From assembly GCF_000711695.1 (NCBI RefSeq), contig NW_013547016.1, positions 1 through 64,000 of the forward strand: DNA of 64,000 nucleotides. Reading direction: 5' to 3'. Below the pieces are notes generated by a model that saw nothing but the letters and a program-made list of their open reading frames with translations, was not told the origin of the DNA and made no database searches. The DNA is from Tilletiaria anomala UBC 951 (lineage: Eukaryota). Numbering within the stretch: position 1 is the stretch's first letter; each line of letters begins with the position of its first letter. Position numbers and translations under genes: made by a program. This document shows, in pieces, positions 37,931 to 51,000 of the stretch.

Positions 37931-39977
37931 TCACAGGCCGTCGTCCCACACCCCTCTTCCGTGCTTTCTCCCTGAATCGCTGCGCAGCGTGTCACCATAG
38001 CGAGCGCTAAGGACCGAAAGCTTGCTGCGGTAATCATCATGCGAGACACTGATGCAGGGTTACATAAAATTGTCAGTTTCTTGCCACGAGCAATGTCCTG
38101 AGCATGAGAAAGGGACTCACTATGCACCGCACAGCCTTCTGTTGCCTACGAAGGCTGATCGGCCGTGAAGTACGCGATGATTGTCGAAAACTATCAAAGG
38201 TCGCAATTCAGCAGTTGTTCAAAGGGCAAAATCCCAAGTTGTGACGCTCACTCAATGCAGTCCCAGGCCGTAGCTGCTGCCAGTACTCGCCCTCTGGATC
38301 TGTCAAGATCCTGTTCCACTCGCGCAGAGCAGAATAGAAGCTGTCAACGTCCTCCTCCTTGACGCGAAGCACACTTCTGTCGTCATTATTGTATCTGACC
38401 ATCTTAAGCTTCGCACCGTGTCTCCATCCACCCGCGTCATCTGTATGTTGTAAGATCGGGTACCCACTCTCTTCCATCAGCGGGCGAATGAGCGTGTCGT
38501 CATCACCGGCACTGTGCGTCATGAGTCGCACCTCGCTGAGTGTTGCGTACGCTGTCTCATTGCTCTCGCGCAGAATCTTGGCAGCAAGGAACCCGTCGAC
38601 TAACAGACTTTCCCCGCCCTCCGCCTTCGCCGAGCCACACTCTGAGGCTGTGTGGCTGAGCAGATGAAACATCTGCAAACCTGCAGGGTCGGTGAAGTAT
38701 GTCGTATCGGTGTGTGCTTGTAGTTTGAGGTTCGTATACGCCGTATCGCCATGCTCGAGATTCGAGGTGAAGTCCCAAAATCCGCCATAGTGCGTCTCGC
38801 GGATGAATGCAATGCGTCGGATGAGAGCTTCAGTTGCAAGAGGCGACACAGGTACGCCTGAGACGAAACAGAAGCCGAAGGTGGCGATCTTGCTCAACCA
38901 CTTGAGAAGACCGAGGTTTCCAAGCTCCTCGTCATGCACGCTCAGATCGAGAGAGCTCCCTTCCGCCTTTACATCTGCCTGCTCCGAAGACATCGTATAA
39001 GGGCTCCCTTGTGTTTCTGTCTTTTTCGAAGACTCGGTACCTGGCTTGCGACCCATGACTTCGTCCCAGGTGACCGTGGGCGGCGCCTGCCCTATGCTCC
39101 GGCCCCAAAGGACGCGCTCAATAGGCGGCAGCCCTGCCATCCCGCCAGCAGTAAGGCCGACAACGTGTGCACTCGGTCCATTGACGGCAGAAAACGGCGG
39201 TGAATACGAGTTGAGCATCAGCCATCGCCATGGATAGAGCGAGTGGTGTGTTGTGGCGGCGTTCGCCGCTACTGCACCGTTTTCAGCGGCCTGCAGCAGA
39301 GGCGGCCACTCCACTTGCAAGCCTTCGGTCGTGCTTTCCATCGAAACGGGCTCTACATTTCCTGGGATCTGTAAGTCGAGCATTTCCACCATTAGTGTCC
39401 AATAGAAAGCAGATCCAGCCAAAACGGGCCCGCTCACGGCAAACGTGTCAAGCAGTCTCTGCTTCGTTTTGGGATGGTAGCAAGCAGGACAACGACAATG
39501 ATCCCTCAGCCAGACATGGTGGAATTTTGATTCTACTCCACTGGCCCAACGAATTGCTAGCCGATCACTTTTTCCACCGCTTGTTGAGGGCGAAGGTACC
39601 AATGAGATCTGCGGAGTTACCGGATTTGGCGCAGACCCCAGGGTGGAGCCTACTTGAGATGAAGTGCTCGTAGGAGCCGGCGCAGCTTGCTGGGCGGCGG
39701 AGACTGAGCTTATACCACTATTGACTACCTCAGGCCCTTTCGGTTGAGCTGTTCCACGTCGAGATATGCTTGCGGTACTAGGTGCTTGTTGCTGACCCGA
39801 CCTGGCGGAGAGAAGCCGGAGTTGACGTTGCTTTCCTGCGGTTGTCTGCCCCTGCAAGCTGGGTCTCGCTGCTGAGGTCGCCCGGCTCGCCGCCGAGCAT
39901 GCAATTGACTGGTGCACTGTCCTTGCCAGCATGCTGAGCGTTCTAATAATGGCAGCTGCCCGTGGAGCCTCGTCCAT
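37931..39977 (-). CDS. Trimethyllysine dioxygenase (carnitine biosynthesis; TauD/GBBH family 2OG-Fe oxygenase)
   Basis: N-terminal WLRDHCRCPACYHPKTKQRL, IRETHYGGFWDFT, DTAYT, HTDTTYFTDPAGLQMFH, RYNNDDRS and FDNHRVLHGRSAF...RRLCGAY. Three introns; the last exon ends VWDDGL*. Start at 39977 or 39932. Confidence 0.93.
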
Positions 39978-40289
39978 GGGAGTCAGCCGCTGGAGTCATA
40001 TTGTTGGTGTGATCTGTAAACGGAGGCTGACTACACCAGGTCGTTTGTGGCGTGGCGTGACTTCGTGGTAAAGTGGAAGTGCCGCCCAATACTGCGACGC
40101 TCTCTCGACCTCGTTGTGAGCGACTTACCACAAACCTTACGGTCTTACAACCATTAACTCTCGCTACTCACTACATTCTACTACTTATTTGCGCAGCGAT
40201 CCCTCTTAGCTTCGACGGACCGAAGTCATGAGGGAAAGTACAGCTGCTTGTATGAGCGCAGAGTGCGAAACATTTACTCGATCAATCTC

Positions 40290-42164
40290 ATGTCGACGTC
40301 CATCATGCCCGCGGCTGCTTCAGTTGTCGCCACCGACCCAGACACCCTTGAAGAATGTCTTCTGATGCAGAAAGACGAGATCCTTGCTATGCTGAGCATC
40401 TATGATGACTCCCAGGAACAAGAAGAGGGCCGGACATCTGAGTCAAATGCAGCTCTACAGGCTATTGGCAGCGCGAGCTACACGAAACCGTTCGTCGTCT
40501 TACGCCACCCGAATCGCCCGGATGCGAACGACCCTCAGAGCGACCTCCGCGATGCTTGCAAAGGTATCAAGCTTGGCAACGGCCAATTGAGTGTTGCAGA
40601 TTCGGATGGAAAATCTGGGGCGCTCGTAAAGCTCGCCGTGCCGATCAACTTCTCCCCGCCACGGAGGGTGGCAATCAAATCGTGCATGTGCAATTTATCG
40701 CGGTGGACATTGCTGCCGAGCGTCTCACACCTGCCGCCAATGGAGATAACATTAAGGCTTCCACCCAACTATCCGCTGCATCAAGCGCCAGATATTACTG
40801 CTATGAGCAGTCCTTGGCTCGGTGGGACATCAGAGACCGTTAGCGCATGGGTTCATGCACAGGTCAGCCGCATTTGGACAGAGGAGGCTGGGGAGGCAGA
40901 ATGTCTAATGATGTTGGCGGAGTGGGCATCAGAACAGTTGTGGAACTTTACTGAAGGACATACAGACAGAGATGGGAAGGGCAGCCGTCATCCCTTCAAA
41001 CTGCTTGAAGATGATTGGCGCGATATGCAGCAGGGTCAAGGCTGGACGGACAGTCAAGCGCAGGAATGGCGAGACGCGATCGTTCTTCCAGTAGAAGGCA
41101 GCATTGACGAACAGTCAGCATCAAGCTCGACTCTGTCAGCACTTCTCACACATTTCTCTAAGCACCGAATCCTCACCCTCTTCTCACACACAAGGTTCAA
41201 TTGCTCCATTTGCCTCGAATCCGTCAAAGGTCGGCTGTGTACGCGACTCGAAGGATGCGGCCATGTCTTTTGCACACCTTGCTTACAGGACTACCTCTGC
41301 ATGCTCGTCAAGGAGGGAGACTGGCGTGGTGCTCGCCGTTGTCCTGATCTCGAGTGTACGGCGATGCGTGCGCGGAAGGAGAAACAAGATGCAGCTGCCA
41401 AAGAACGAGCGATGGCTGACGCGCAAATTATGCGACCAACCGCAGCTGTCGGCCACCAGGGTGACACTGCTCCAGAAGGGCCCCAAGCAAGCGGCCTCAT
41501 TTCTCGCACCGAGATTCAGAGTCTAGTTGGAGAGGAGCTGCTGGCCCGTTACGACTGGCTCGAGCTGAAGGCAGTTGCGGAAACAGATCCGAACGCAACG
41601 CACTGCCCCATCAGCGCTTGCGGCGGGATTGCTCGTGGTGATGCACGCGAAGCCGGAACGTGGTCCGAAGGCTTGCGAATCTGCTCGTCCTGTGGCTACG
41701 CCTTCTGCTGCTTCTGCGAAAAAGCCTGGCATGGCAAGGCTCCTTGCACGCTGGTACAGATCTCTGCGCTAATCGAGGAGTATGCTTCGCTCATAGAGGG
41801 CAGTGCTGAGCAGAAGGCTTTCGAAGCGCGCTATGGCCGCTCAAATATACTCCGACTCACAAGGATCTACAACGAAGAAATCGCCAATCGCAACTGGATC
41901 AGGGAGAACAGCACTGCGTGTCCCTCATGCTCGGTCAACATCGTCAAGTCGGAAGGTTGTAACCATATGACATGCCGCGCGTGCCAAGCACACTTCTGCT
42001 ATCTATGCCAGTCGACGCTCTCAGCTGCCAATCCATACGTCCACTACAACACGCCGGGTATTCCATGTTATCAGAAGCTATTCCATGGCTTGGAGCATAT
42101 GGAGGACGGGGAAGAATTCGAGCCGTTGCCATGGGAGGGGTTTCCGCATGTCGAAGCTATATGA
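40290..42164 (+). CDS. RWD-RBR E3 ubiquitin ligase (RNF14/Itt1-like)
   Basis: Intronless. RWD (QKDEILAMLSIY, HLPPMEITLRLPPNYP), RING1 CSICLE...CGHVFCTPCL, IBR CPISAC...CGYAFCCFCEKAWHG and RING2 CPSC...KSEGCNHMTC...HFCYLC. Confidence 0.93.
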   Translation: MSTSIMPAAASVVATDPDTLEECLLMQKDEILAMLSIYDDSQEQEEGRTSESNAALQAIGSASYTKPFVVLRHPNRPDANDPQSDLRDACKGIKLGNGQLSVADSDGKSGALVKLAVPINFSPPRRVAIKSCMCNLSRWTLLPSVSHLPPMEITLRLPPNYPLHQAPDITAMSSPWLGGTSETVSAWVHAQVSRIWTEEAGEAECLMMLAEWASEQLWNFTEGHTDRDGKGSRHPFKLLEDDWRDMQQGQGWTDSQAQEWRDAIVLPVEGSIDEQSASSSTLSALLTHFSKHRILTLFSHTRFNCSICLESVKGRLCTRLEGCGHVFCTPCLQDYLCMLVKEGDWRGARRCPDLECTAMRARKEKQDAAAKERAMADAQIMRPTAAVGHQGDTAPEGPQASGLISRTEIQSLVGEELLARYDWLELKAVAETDPNATHCPISACGGIARGDAREAGTWSEGLRICSSCGYAFCCFCEKAWHGKAPCTLVQISALIEEYASLIEGSAEQKAFEARYGRSNILRLTRIYNEEIANRNWIRENSTACPSCSVNIVKSEGCNHMTCRACQAHFCYLCQSTLSAANPYVHYNTPGIPCYQKLFHGLEHMEDGEEFEPLPWEGFPHVEAI

Positions 42165-42275
42165 CTGGCATATCCTGCAGTACGCAAAGCGATGCATAGG
42201 CTACAATGGCGGTACACGCCCGAATTGAGAAGCTACAGATACCGAAAGCCAATTGGAACAGGGGAGCAACGTGAA

Positions 42276-45200
42276 TCAATATTGGGCGTACGGGCCCACG
42301 TAACGGGCTCTGCCACGTTGTGCACCACCCCGCGCAGAGGGGCCAAGTGGCCTTGGTGGACCGTTGGCGGGTCCAAGGGGCTTTGGTGGGCCCGAGCCGC
42401 CAATCGGCATAGGCGGGCCGTTGGGGGTTGGCCGGGAAGGAGCAGCATGACCATACGCATCCGGCGGTGGCCCACCTGAAAGTCCTTGAGACCCGTAATT
42501 GGCTTGGTGCGGGGCTTGATAGAGTTGCGGGCCTCCTTGGTAGTGAGCCGGTGGCCCGCCATAGCCAGCGAGAGCACCTCCGTAAGCGCCCTGATGCTGA
42601 TAAGCTGGGGCAGCAGCGTGCGTGCCCTGACCACCGTAGCCAACATAGGCTTGAGGAACGTTCCCATAGCCTCCATTGCCGCCATAGCTTCCATTGCCGC
42701 CATAGCTTCCATTGCCGCCATAGCTTCCATTGCCGCCATAGCTTCCATTGCCGCCATAGCCTCCATTGCCGCCATAGCCTCCATAAGCTCCGGCACCATA
42801 GCTTTGCTGCTGAGGTGAGGGTTGCTGGGCGTACGACTGCGCTGTACCATAGCCTCCGTATCCACCATACGCTGGTGCTTGTGAGTACTGGCTATAAGGA
42901 CCTTGAGCTGAATAATTGCCGTCTGCGTAAGAAAGAGTGAGTCAGGGTGGTCGATTCTGAGAGGGCTTGTGTGAACGACGAACTCACATCCGCTCTGCCC
43001 GCCATAGCTAGCGACTCCATTTTGGTAGCTCCCATAAGGAGACGAAAAAGCTGCGGCGCCAGCCCCCGCGTCCCATTTTTGATGCTGGCTCTGGAGATAT
43101 GGCAAGCCTGGATAGCTGCTCGAACTTTGGAAGCCATTATCGAATCTCTGATGGTGGCCTCGGGGCGGTCCCGTTCGTCCAGGGCCTCCTTCTCTTGGCG
43201 GTCGGCCACCTCGCATCGCAGCTCCCGATCGGATCCAGCCCTTATCACCCTCGTTGAGCTTTCGTTGAGGGTGCTTGAGACCTTTGAGCAGCACGCTACG
43301 GTGCGGCGTCTGTTGTGGCGGGAAGAAGAAGCAAGCAGAGATCGAACGATCGCTGGTGATATCTCCGTATTCCACGTACTTGGTGAACGGGGTCACAAAG
43401 GTGGAACCTGGTACACAGGATGGATCAGGCGCGACTTGCCCAGAAATACCGCCCGTCAATGAGGCGTTCAGTGCAATTGCGTTCGTCTCTTCCTCTCCTT
43501 GCTTGATCTGCTTGGCGTAAACACCGCAAATTGTGTCGTAGACCCGCGCATTCTCGCTCACAAAGTAGACATCGTTGCCGAAAGCATTGCGACGAATCTC
43601 GTCTTCTGATAGATCCTTGTATGGATCCGACATGGCATCAAGCAACCGCTTTTCGTCGATGAAAGGTAAAAGTGCAACACCTTGCCAGACCATCTTCTTG
43701 CCGTTCATGTCGATTTCAAAGGTCTCAGGGTAGAAGTCTCGGATCGCGGAGTCCTCCTTCGTCATCAGCTTGTGAAAAACGTTAGGAAGGCTCGCTCGAC
43801 TGATGAGTTGGCAAAAATCGATCAGCGTCTCTGTTCACCTCGGAGCGCACACACATGGAAACTCACCTCGCTGCAGGCAAGACTCCCATAAGCTGTTCGA
43901 ACGGTCTAAAGGGGTGTCCCAGATCGAATTTGATGTCCAGATCGGTGATGCCAATCTCCTTCATGTCTGCCGCAAAAGGCGAGTAATGATACGGATAATA
44001 CCACTGCCAGCTGGGGCATCCCTGGTAGTAGTATGCGAGCACCCAACATAGTCCTTCGATGTACGACTTGACGACCCCTTTGCGGAATTCGACATCGGTG
44101 AGGGGTACGCCGAATTTTTGTTTGTAATAGCGTTCACGATAGCCAGGCTCAAAGAGCCTGACAGTGTCCACATACTCGACTGTGCCATCAGCATTGACTT
44201 TGCGCTCCGGTGCCGTGACCGGGTCAACAGCCTCGTCGCCGTCGTCTTCATCCTCCGCGGCGTCATCCTCTTCTTCATCCGCATCGGCATCATCCTCCGC
44301 GTCCGCATCGGCGTCCTCAACCTCTGCATCCACATCAGCATCAGCATTCGCATCACGAGCGACAATGGTGGCAACTACGCTATCGCCAGCAGCATTCGAC
44401 CCGTCCAGCATCTCCTCCAAATGACGCTTCTTGGCGACTTTGGGCGCCGACTTTGCACCCGCCCCTTCAAGCTTCCTTTCCTGGTCTTCGTCCATCTGAA
44501 AGACGGCTGCGACAGATGCCTGGCTGGAATTGGCTTCCTGCTCTGCAGGCGCCGCAGTTTGTTGGCTCCCGGACTCGCCCTCTTTTGCTGTGCCATCAGC
44601 TGTAGCATCGCTGCCGGCCGCAGCAGCGGGAGCAGCTCCGGCTGCACCAACGGTATCAATATCGTTTCTCTCCTTGCCGGTCGCGGGCTTGTTAGACTGC
44701 AGCGCCTGTGCACGCATCACCGCGAGTTCCGCCTTGAGCTTCTGCGCAGCATTCAGGTTCTCCGCCTTGACCTTCTCCTTGTCAATCTCTGCAGTAGGCG
44801 GAGGGGCAGCCACGTGCGGTTTCGGCGGGAGGCCGAATCTGGTATGCTTGCCAGCATGTGCGGTGATAGCGATCAGTTCGCTGTCATCCCCCACACCGAT
44901 GACGCCATTTGCGGCCATCGTTACTAGCTTTCGCTTTTTCTGCGTAGGTGCATCTGCATTAGCGGCAATGGCTCCCTCTTTCTCGTCCTTCTCGCGCTCC
45001 TTGCGAGCGCGATGGTGCGCGTCCTGCCGCTCTTCCTGCTCCTTCCTTCGCTTGAAGATCTCATCCTCCTCGGTCGCAAGACCCTCGAGGATGATCTGCG
45101 CGGTGGAAAGCTCTACCTGGCCGTGATTAGTGAGGTAGCTCTTCATGCGTGGCAGCTCCTTTTTCCACAGCTTGAGCAGGACGTCAATCGCGCCTTCGCG

Positions 45201-46525
45201 GATCTCGAGCGAGGGTAGATGTGGCAGAAAGTCGTTTCCGACAAAAAAGATGAGGAAAACCCAGTCATCGATGGCGCGCTCCAGGTCGAAGGCGAAAGGA
45301 AGACCGGGGACATCGAGCTCGACCTCGAGGTATTCGCGCAGGATGCTGACGTCGAGAAAGATGAAAGGCTTTTTCTCCACCTTGGCCGTTCCCACATCCG
45401 TCTCTACGCCGGTCTTGCGGACGCCATTGACGGGGTCGTTCTTGCTCGCCGCTGGCTCTCCGGTACAGTCCTTGGCGATGTGGCCCTTCTGTCCGCACAT
45501 GCGGCACTTGCCCCGCAGTTGCGCGTCTTGCGCAAACACGTCTTCGCGCAGAACTTTGAAGTACGGCTCATGCGTGGCGAGGGAGAGCATGATCAAGTCG
45601 GCGTCGAGGCCATAGATGACATGCTTGGTGTTTGGGTCGTGTGATTCAGGGTAGCTCCGCTGCCGACGGATAAAGTCCATAATCTTGTGTTCTCCCTCAC
45701 CAGGCACACTCGCATCTGAGATAATCACCTGCATGTGCGCCCAGCCTGGATCGGTGTTCATCTTCTTCGCAACCCAGTATCGCAGCGATGAAGCGAGTAG
45801 GTCCATGAACGGCGTGCCGGGCGTGATGGCATTCCTGTCCCACGCCTTCTTCTCGCTATTGGCTCTCATCTCCTCTGACACTTCAAGACCCTTTGCTTCC
45901 CACTCTATCCGCATCTTCACTTTCTCATCTTCCTTCTCCTTGTCCTCTTGCGCAGATCGGAAGCGTCGTGAGCGCTGCTGATTCATCTTGGCGCGCGGAG
46001 CGACTCCATCGATCGCCATCATCAGCAGCTTGCGCGGGCGGATCATATTGACGACGCGCTCCGTGTAGCTGAGAACTTCGGCCATCATGTCCTCCTCCGT
46101 CTCGGGTGCGGGCTGTGTGCAAAACCGGAAAGGATGACAGAGCGTGCCGTCAGGTGTCAATTCGGCAAGTATCCATCACGCGTGAACTGCACGAAGGCGG
46201 CATCTCACCTTGCCTTCTGGATGCGTACACGGATGTACGATTCCATTCATGTCGAGATATAGATTATCGAACTCCATGCCGTTTGGATTCGGAGCGGAAA
46301 TGTCGACCGGCATCTCGGAAAAGGTTCCATTGCCATTGTCGACCGGCTCGGGCGATGCCTCTTCAACGGACTGGATGATCTTTGGGTACTTTTTCGAAAG
46401 CCAACGAAAGAGCGCGGGAACACCCTGACAAGCATTGCGCAAACGACAAGAAAAGAAGCCAAAGGTAGAACGAGGAGTTCAGTTGAAGCCGCAGACGAAT
46501 GAAAGAGACCGCTCCTACACACCAT
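42276..46525 (-). CDS. XRN2: 5'-3' exoribonuclease 2 (Rat1/Xrn2)
   Basis: [63 protein letters not shown] knuckle [26 protein letters not shown] and [12 protein letters not shown]. Four introns; the last (42987-42923) precedes a G/Y/Q/P-rich tail ending YVGPYAQY*. Confidence 0.96.
42664..42784. repeat. 18-bp coding tandem repeat (about 6.7 copies) encoding G(G/S)YGGN
   Basis: Unit ccatagc(c/t)tccattgccg repeated within the last exon of XRN2. Confidence 0.95.
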
Positions 46526-48077
46526 CGTGGCAACGTTCTGTGGAGCAATTCGAATTAAACTCGAGTTTCTGAATGTGCTTCCGAGGCGAAAGCAAGCTTG
46601 GCAACGAACTGGAGCGCAGGAAATTCTGAGTGCTTTGCGAGATCACACGATCGTCGAATAGGCTAGGAGGCGGATGGTGAACGAAACCAGCGAGCAGACG
46701 GCAGAAACCCAGCAAGCGATTTAACCTCTTTTTGCTACTCCCAAAGCTATGCGCTATCCGATGCTACGCTGAGCAGCGCAACAGTAGTGCAGCAAAATTT
46801 TCGCAAGGAAGAGTCGAGAGGTCGCAGACCAATGAGGATTGGGTGCGAGAGATGTACGCACAAACCGAGAAGACAATGTACAGGTGCTGTTCGTTTCCTT
46901 GCTGCGTTATCGTCCCACCTTCCCTGTTCTTCTGCAACTGCGCAAGGACAAGTTGCCAGCGATGAGAATGGGGAGGAATAATAAGGCGTACAGATGCGAG
47001 CGCACGAAGAGGACGTGGCGCAGGGAACAGAGGGTTGTTCGATGGTTGTTGCTGCAGGGGCGTGAGTGGCGTTCGGTATACGCGCCTTTTGTTGAGGACG
47101 TCGCACAACGTCCCCGCGAGCGCTATTGCAGTCTGCCACTGAGGCCCGCTTCTTGCCCTAGATTTTCAATGGAACACTGTCGCGTATTTCGGTCCTCGTT
47201 ATCCACTGGCAGCCCCCGGGAGATGATGATTGAAGAGGTGGTGAGAGTAGTAGGGAGCCGAGCCAGCAATCGCGTCTTCGAACAAGCAGCAGCAACCACG
47301 ATGATGAGATTAAGTGAGTGCGCAGAGCAATGAGCATCCGCGTCTCACGGCGCAAATTTTGCTGTGTGCGGACCAAGTAGGGTTATAGATCACATGTGCC
47401 GACTTCCGTGCGCCATGTCCCGATCGGGCCTTTTCCGAGGGTGTAGATGTGTAGATGTTCAAAGTTGCCCCTGTCATACCAAAAATGGAGTGCATAGTAT
47501 ACGGGTATGGGGAAAGGGCACCAATTGTACATGATCGATCCATCCCTGCACAACTATCCGATCATTCCTGCTTGCGTGATAGAGGAGATGTTCTCGAAAG
47601 CATGGACCGAATCACGGCCATAGTTACACTGATGGGCCCGTGACGAACTATTTTCCCGGCTTGCAGCTTATGTGTTCGATGCTTGGGCGTAGGAGCGAGC
47701 GGCAAGAGGGGCTTTAGCGGATCCACCTGAAGACCACCTCTCCCAGTCGAGTATCCAACAAGCGTGTTCCCTTGGCTGGCCATCCATCCGATATTTCAAT
47801 TCCCGATAGAAATAAAAACGAGCAATCGATGACTGCACTCACGAACGAAATGGACATGAACGCCACGCCCATCTACGCCGGCGAGTGCAGCACCCGCGTC
47901 CGCGCTTCCCTGCAGCGGGGCCATCCATGCTCTCGCTCGCGTGCCTCACGCTCGAGAGACGTGTGCTGGCCTACAGCTGCTGTCTCTACTGAGCAGAGAA
48001 ATCTGGAACAACTTGAAGGAAGCAAGCAAAGGAGGAGGCCAAGGAGAGTGAAAGCACACGGCACGTCACGGCTCAGG

Positions 48078-51000
48078 ATGCCGTTAACTTTGGTCGCGGT
48101 GGCACTGTTTGGTGCGACTGGGAACTTCGCAGCGCAAACAGCAGCGGATCCAGCAGCTGCCCAGCGGTGGGTCTCTACTTTTTCCATTTTCCCCTTGCTA
48201 AGCTCATGGCTCATGCTCTATCTTCCACTATACCTCCACTGACAATGTTACGCGGACAGCTGGGGCGCCGCCTCGGCCCTGCTTGGCGGCCACCTGGTGG
48301 TGCACGGAGGCAAGACGTCAGCAGGCGGCGGGTTCACATTCACCAGTGCGCCGGATTCGGCTGAAATTCTCACTCTCGACGTCAGCCAGCCGTGGTCCAC
48401 GTCCAGTCCTCCCTGGCAGTTACTCAATGCGTCCACTCCATCGCTAGCGACGAGCTTCCACTCGCTGACGCCGCTGGGCGCCAGCGAGCTGCTCCTCTTT
48501 GGCGGAGAAACCCCGTCCAGCTCTCCTTTGCCCAGCGGAAATGACAGTGCATACATTCTCACGCTTGCAGGTGCAAGCTCGCTCACTGCCAATCTCACAG
48601 CTGCGCCGGCGAGCTGGAACCAGCCGCAGCGGCGCCGGTTCCACGCGGCTATGAACAGCGGCGGTTCGCAAGTCTGTATCATCGGAGGCGAAAAGACGGA
48701 CGGATCGGGCACGTACCTAGATGAACTGTGGACCTTCTCATATCCCGCCTCGGGCTCCGCGTCAGCGCTGAGCGGTGGCAGCTTTGCCCAGGGTAATGCA
48801 GGCTCTACACCGCCGCTAGTAAACGCAGCGGATGCAGGCGCAGGCGTAGGCGTTGTTGATGGCACGCTGACCATGTTGAGCGCCGGGCCATACGCAGGAC
48901 AGCTGCTTGCGCTGGGTGGAAGCAACGCGAGCGGTACGACGAGCAGCCTTGTATCGTTTGAGAGCGTAGCGCTATTCGACCCAAGCAAAAGCACTTGGTC
49001 GTCTGTCACGACGGCCAACAGCTCCGCAGCCGGCTTCCCGACTCCGAGACGCGCGCACATCGCTGTCAGCCTGCCTGGCGGCCGCATCTTCATGCACGGC
49101 GGCGCATCGGCAGACCTGACGGCGGCGTATGCCGATGCTTGGCTCCTTGATCTCACTAGCGCCAGCTCGCAGCCGACATGGTCACAACTGACTGCAACAG
49201 GCGGTCCATCAGCGCGCTATGCGCACACAGCCATCGCATACGGCGCAAATGTGGTCATGGCGTTCGGATGGAGCGGCAGCAATGCTGCCGACAGCGCAGT
49301 TTACGTCTTTGACGGTACCGCCTTGGTGTCCTCTGGGTCTTCTTCAGCGACTACAGGCGCAGGCGCCTGGAGCGGTGGCAGCTGGTCGACGAATTACACG
49401 CCTGATCCATCCATCTCATATGGCGGCTCCGTTGGCAGCGGCGGTACGAGCACCGGCGACAACAATGACTCTTCCTCCTCTGGTGGCGGAACGAACACGC
49501 ACAAACCGACGCACAAACCCTCCTCCAACCCCGGTTCCAATTCGGACCAAAGCGGCAAGGCGAGCTCAGGTCAGAAGGCTGGTGTCGTCGTCGGCGCGCT
49601 CGTCGGACTCGGCCTCGTCGCTGCAGGTGCGGGCTACGTTGTCTACCGCCGTGCACACAAACATCAGGACTGGAGGCGTGGAGACGGCGCGGCTGAGCTG
49701 CTAGGCGGTCCGGTCGCAGGCGGCGGTGGAGCGGACAATGGCTACGCTATGGAGAAGGGCTATTTGGCGCATGACGTTGGCATTGGTGGCTCAGGAGGAG
49801 CAGGTCTCAAGCGTGCTTTCTCCAACGCGGCAGGTAACATCGGCCATGCGATTGAAGGGTCTGGTCCGGCGCTGCACAAGCGTCTGGCCCTCTTGACCGG
49901 CATCGGGATCGGCGGCGCAGCCGCTGCGCATGGTCAGACGAGGTTCGACATGCTTGCGGAAGAGGATGAAGATGACGAAGAGATGGCGGAGATGCGATAC
50001 AGCGATCGTACCGATGCCCTCTACCCGCCACCCGGTGGCAGAAGCGGCATAGCTAGGGGCAAGCACAAGAGCTCACCGTTCTATCCTGGTGCAGATAACT
50101 TTAACGCAGCGGAAGATTTTGATGAGGACGAACATGCGTACGCAGCCGGTGCACACCGCAAGGAGATCTCATACGGCAGAGTAGCCCGGAACGACATTGA
50201 TGTTGACGACCACGAAATTGGCGGCAGCGACCGATACTCTGGTGCATGCGCCGCGCAGTATGTGACATCCCCATTCGATGATCCATTCGAAGACGGAGAC
50301 TACGCGCGCAGTGAAGACACGCACGGCGCCATTTCAGCGCAGTCGCACGCTCTCTCGTCAACACCGTCGTCTGGTCCAACGCTCGGTACTGCCACGAGCT
50401 CCGGCGGTCGCAGCTACAGCTCGCGCCCAATACCGTCCTTCTCGGACGCAACCGACTCCCCGCGCGCAGGAGTGGGTGGCAACAAGCGCGTGCGTGGCCC
50501 GCGTGCCTCGCCTTCCGTCGCTAGTGGCATGAAACGCAGCCCGACGTGGTGGAACAGGTTGACTGGCAGCATGCTCGAGCGCTCTGCTACCGCTCGCCCC
50601 CTCTACGGGCCTGGCTCAGCCGAGCCAATTCGCGACCCAGCAGAGCCACCAACGCTGTCGATCATCGCTGAATCACCACGCGTCGGCGGCGGGGCCAGCG
50701 AGAGCGATTCACTCGCTTATGTGCATGGAGGTTCGCATTTCCGACGGTCGGAAGGCGTTTCGGATGGACTAGATGGGATGGGCCAGCCGATCCGTCGGTC
50801 CACCTCGCTCGCAGCGAACAATTGGTTGTCGAAGCGCTCGCACATGAAGTCCCTCTCTAGCTTGCGTACAGCGAACAGCTCGCTGCTCGAAGCGCAGCTG
50901 CGCTCGATGGACGTTGTCCAGCGCGTGCGAACTGCGAGTGACAATGAAGCAGGGCGTACGGAGAGCATTCGCACGCACTCAGCGAGCGAAGCGAGCAGCC

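Noticed and set aside
42162..42200. Possible stop readthrough of the RBR ligase (TGA CTG)
   Set aside because: Not the TGA CTA readthrough context, and the extension shows no nearby targeting signal.
42664..42784. Repeat array considered as a CRISPR
   Set aside because: Contiguous units with no spacers, inside a eukaryotic exon.
42428..42940. Plus-strand ORFs encoding (HCRHSF)n and (IASIAA)n
   Set aside because: Antisense shadows of the 18-bp coding repeat in XRN2.
46615..46835. GGAAATTCTGAG and GCAGAAA resembling RNase P RNA conserved regions CR-I and CR-II
   Set aside because: No convincing complementary CR-V/P4 partner downstream, and it lies antisense to the presumed XRN2 5' leader and promoter.
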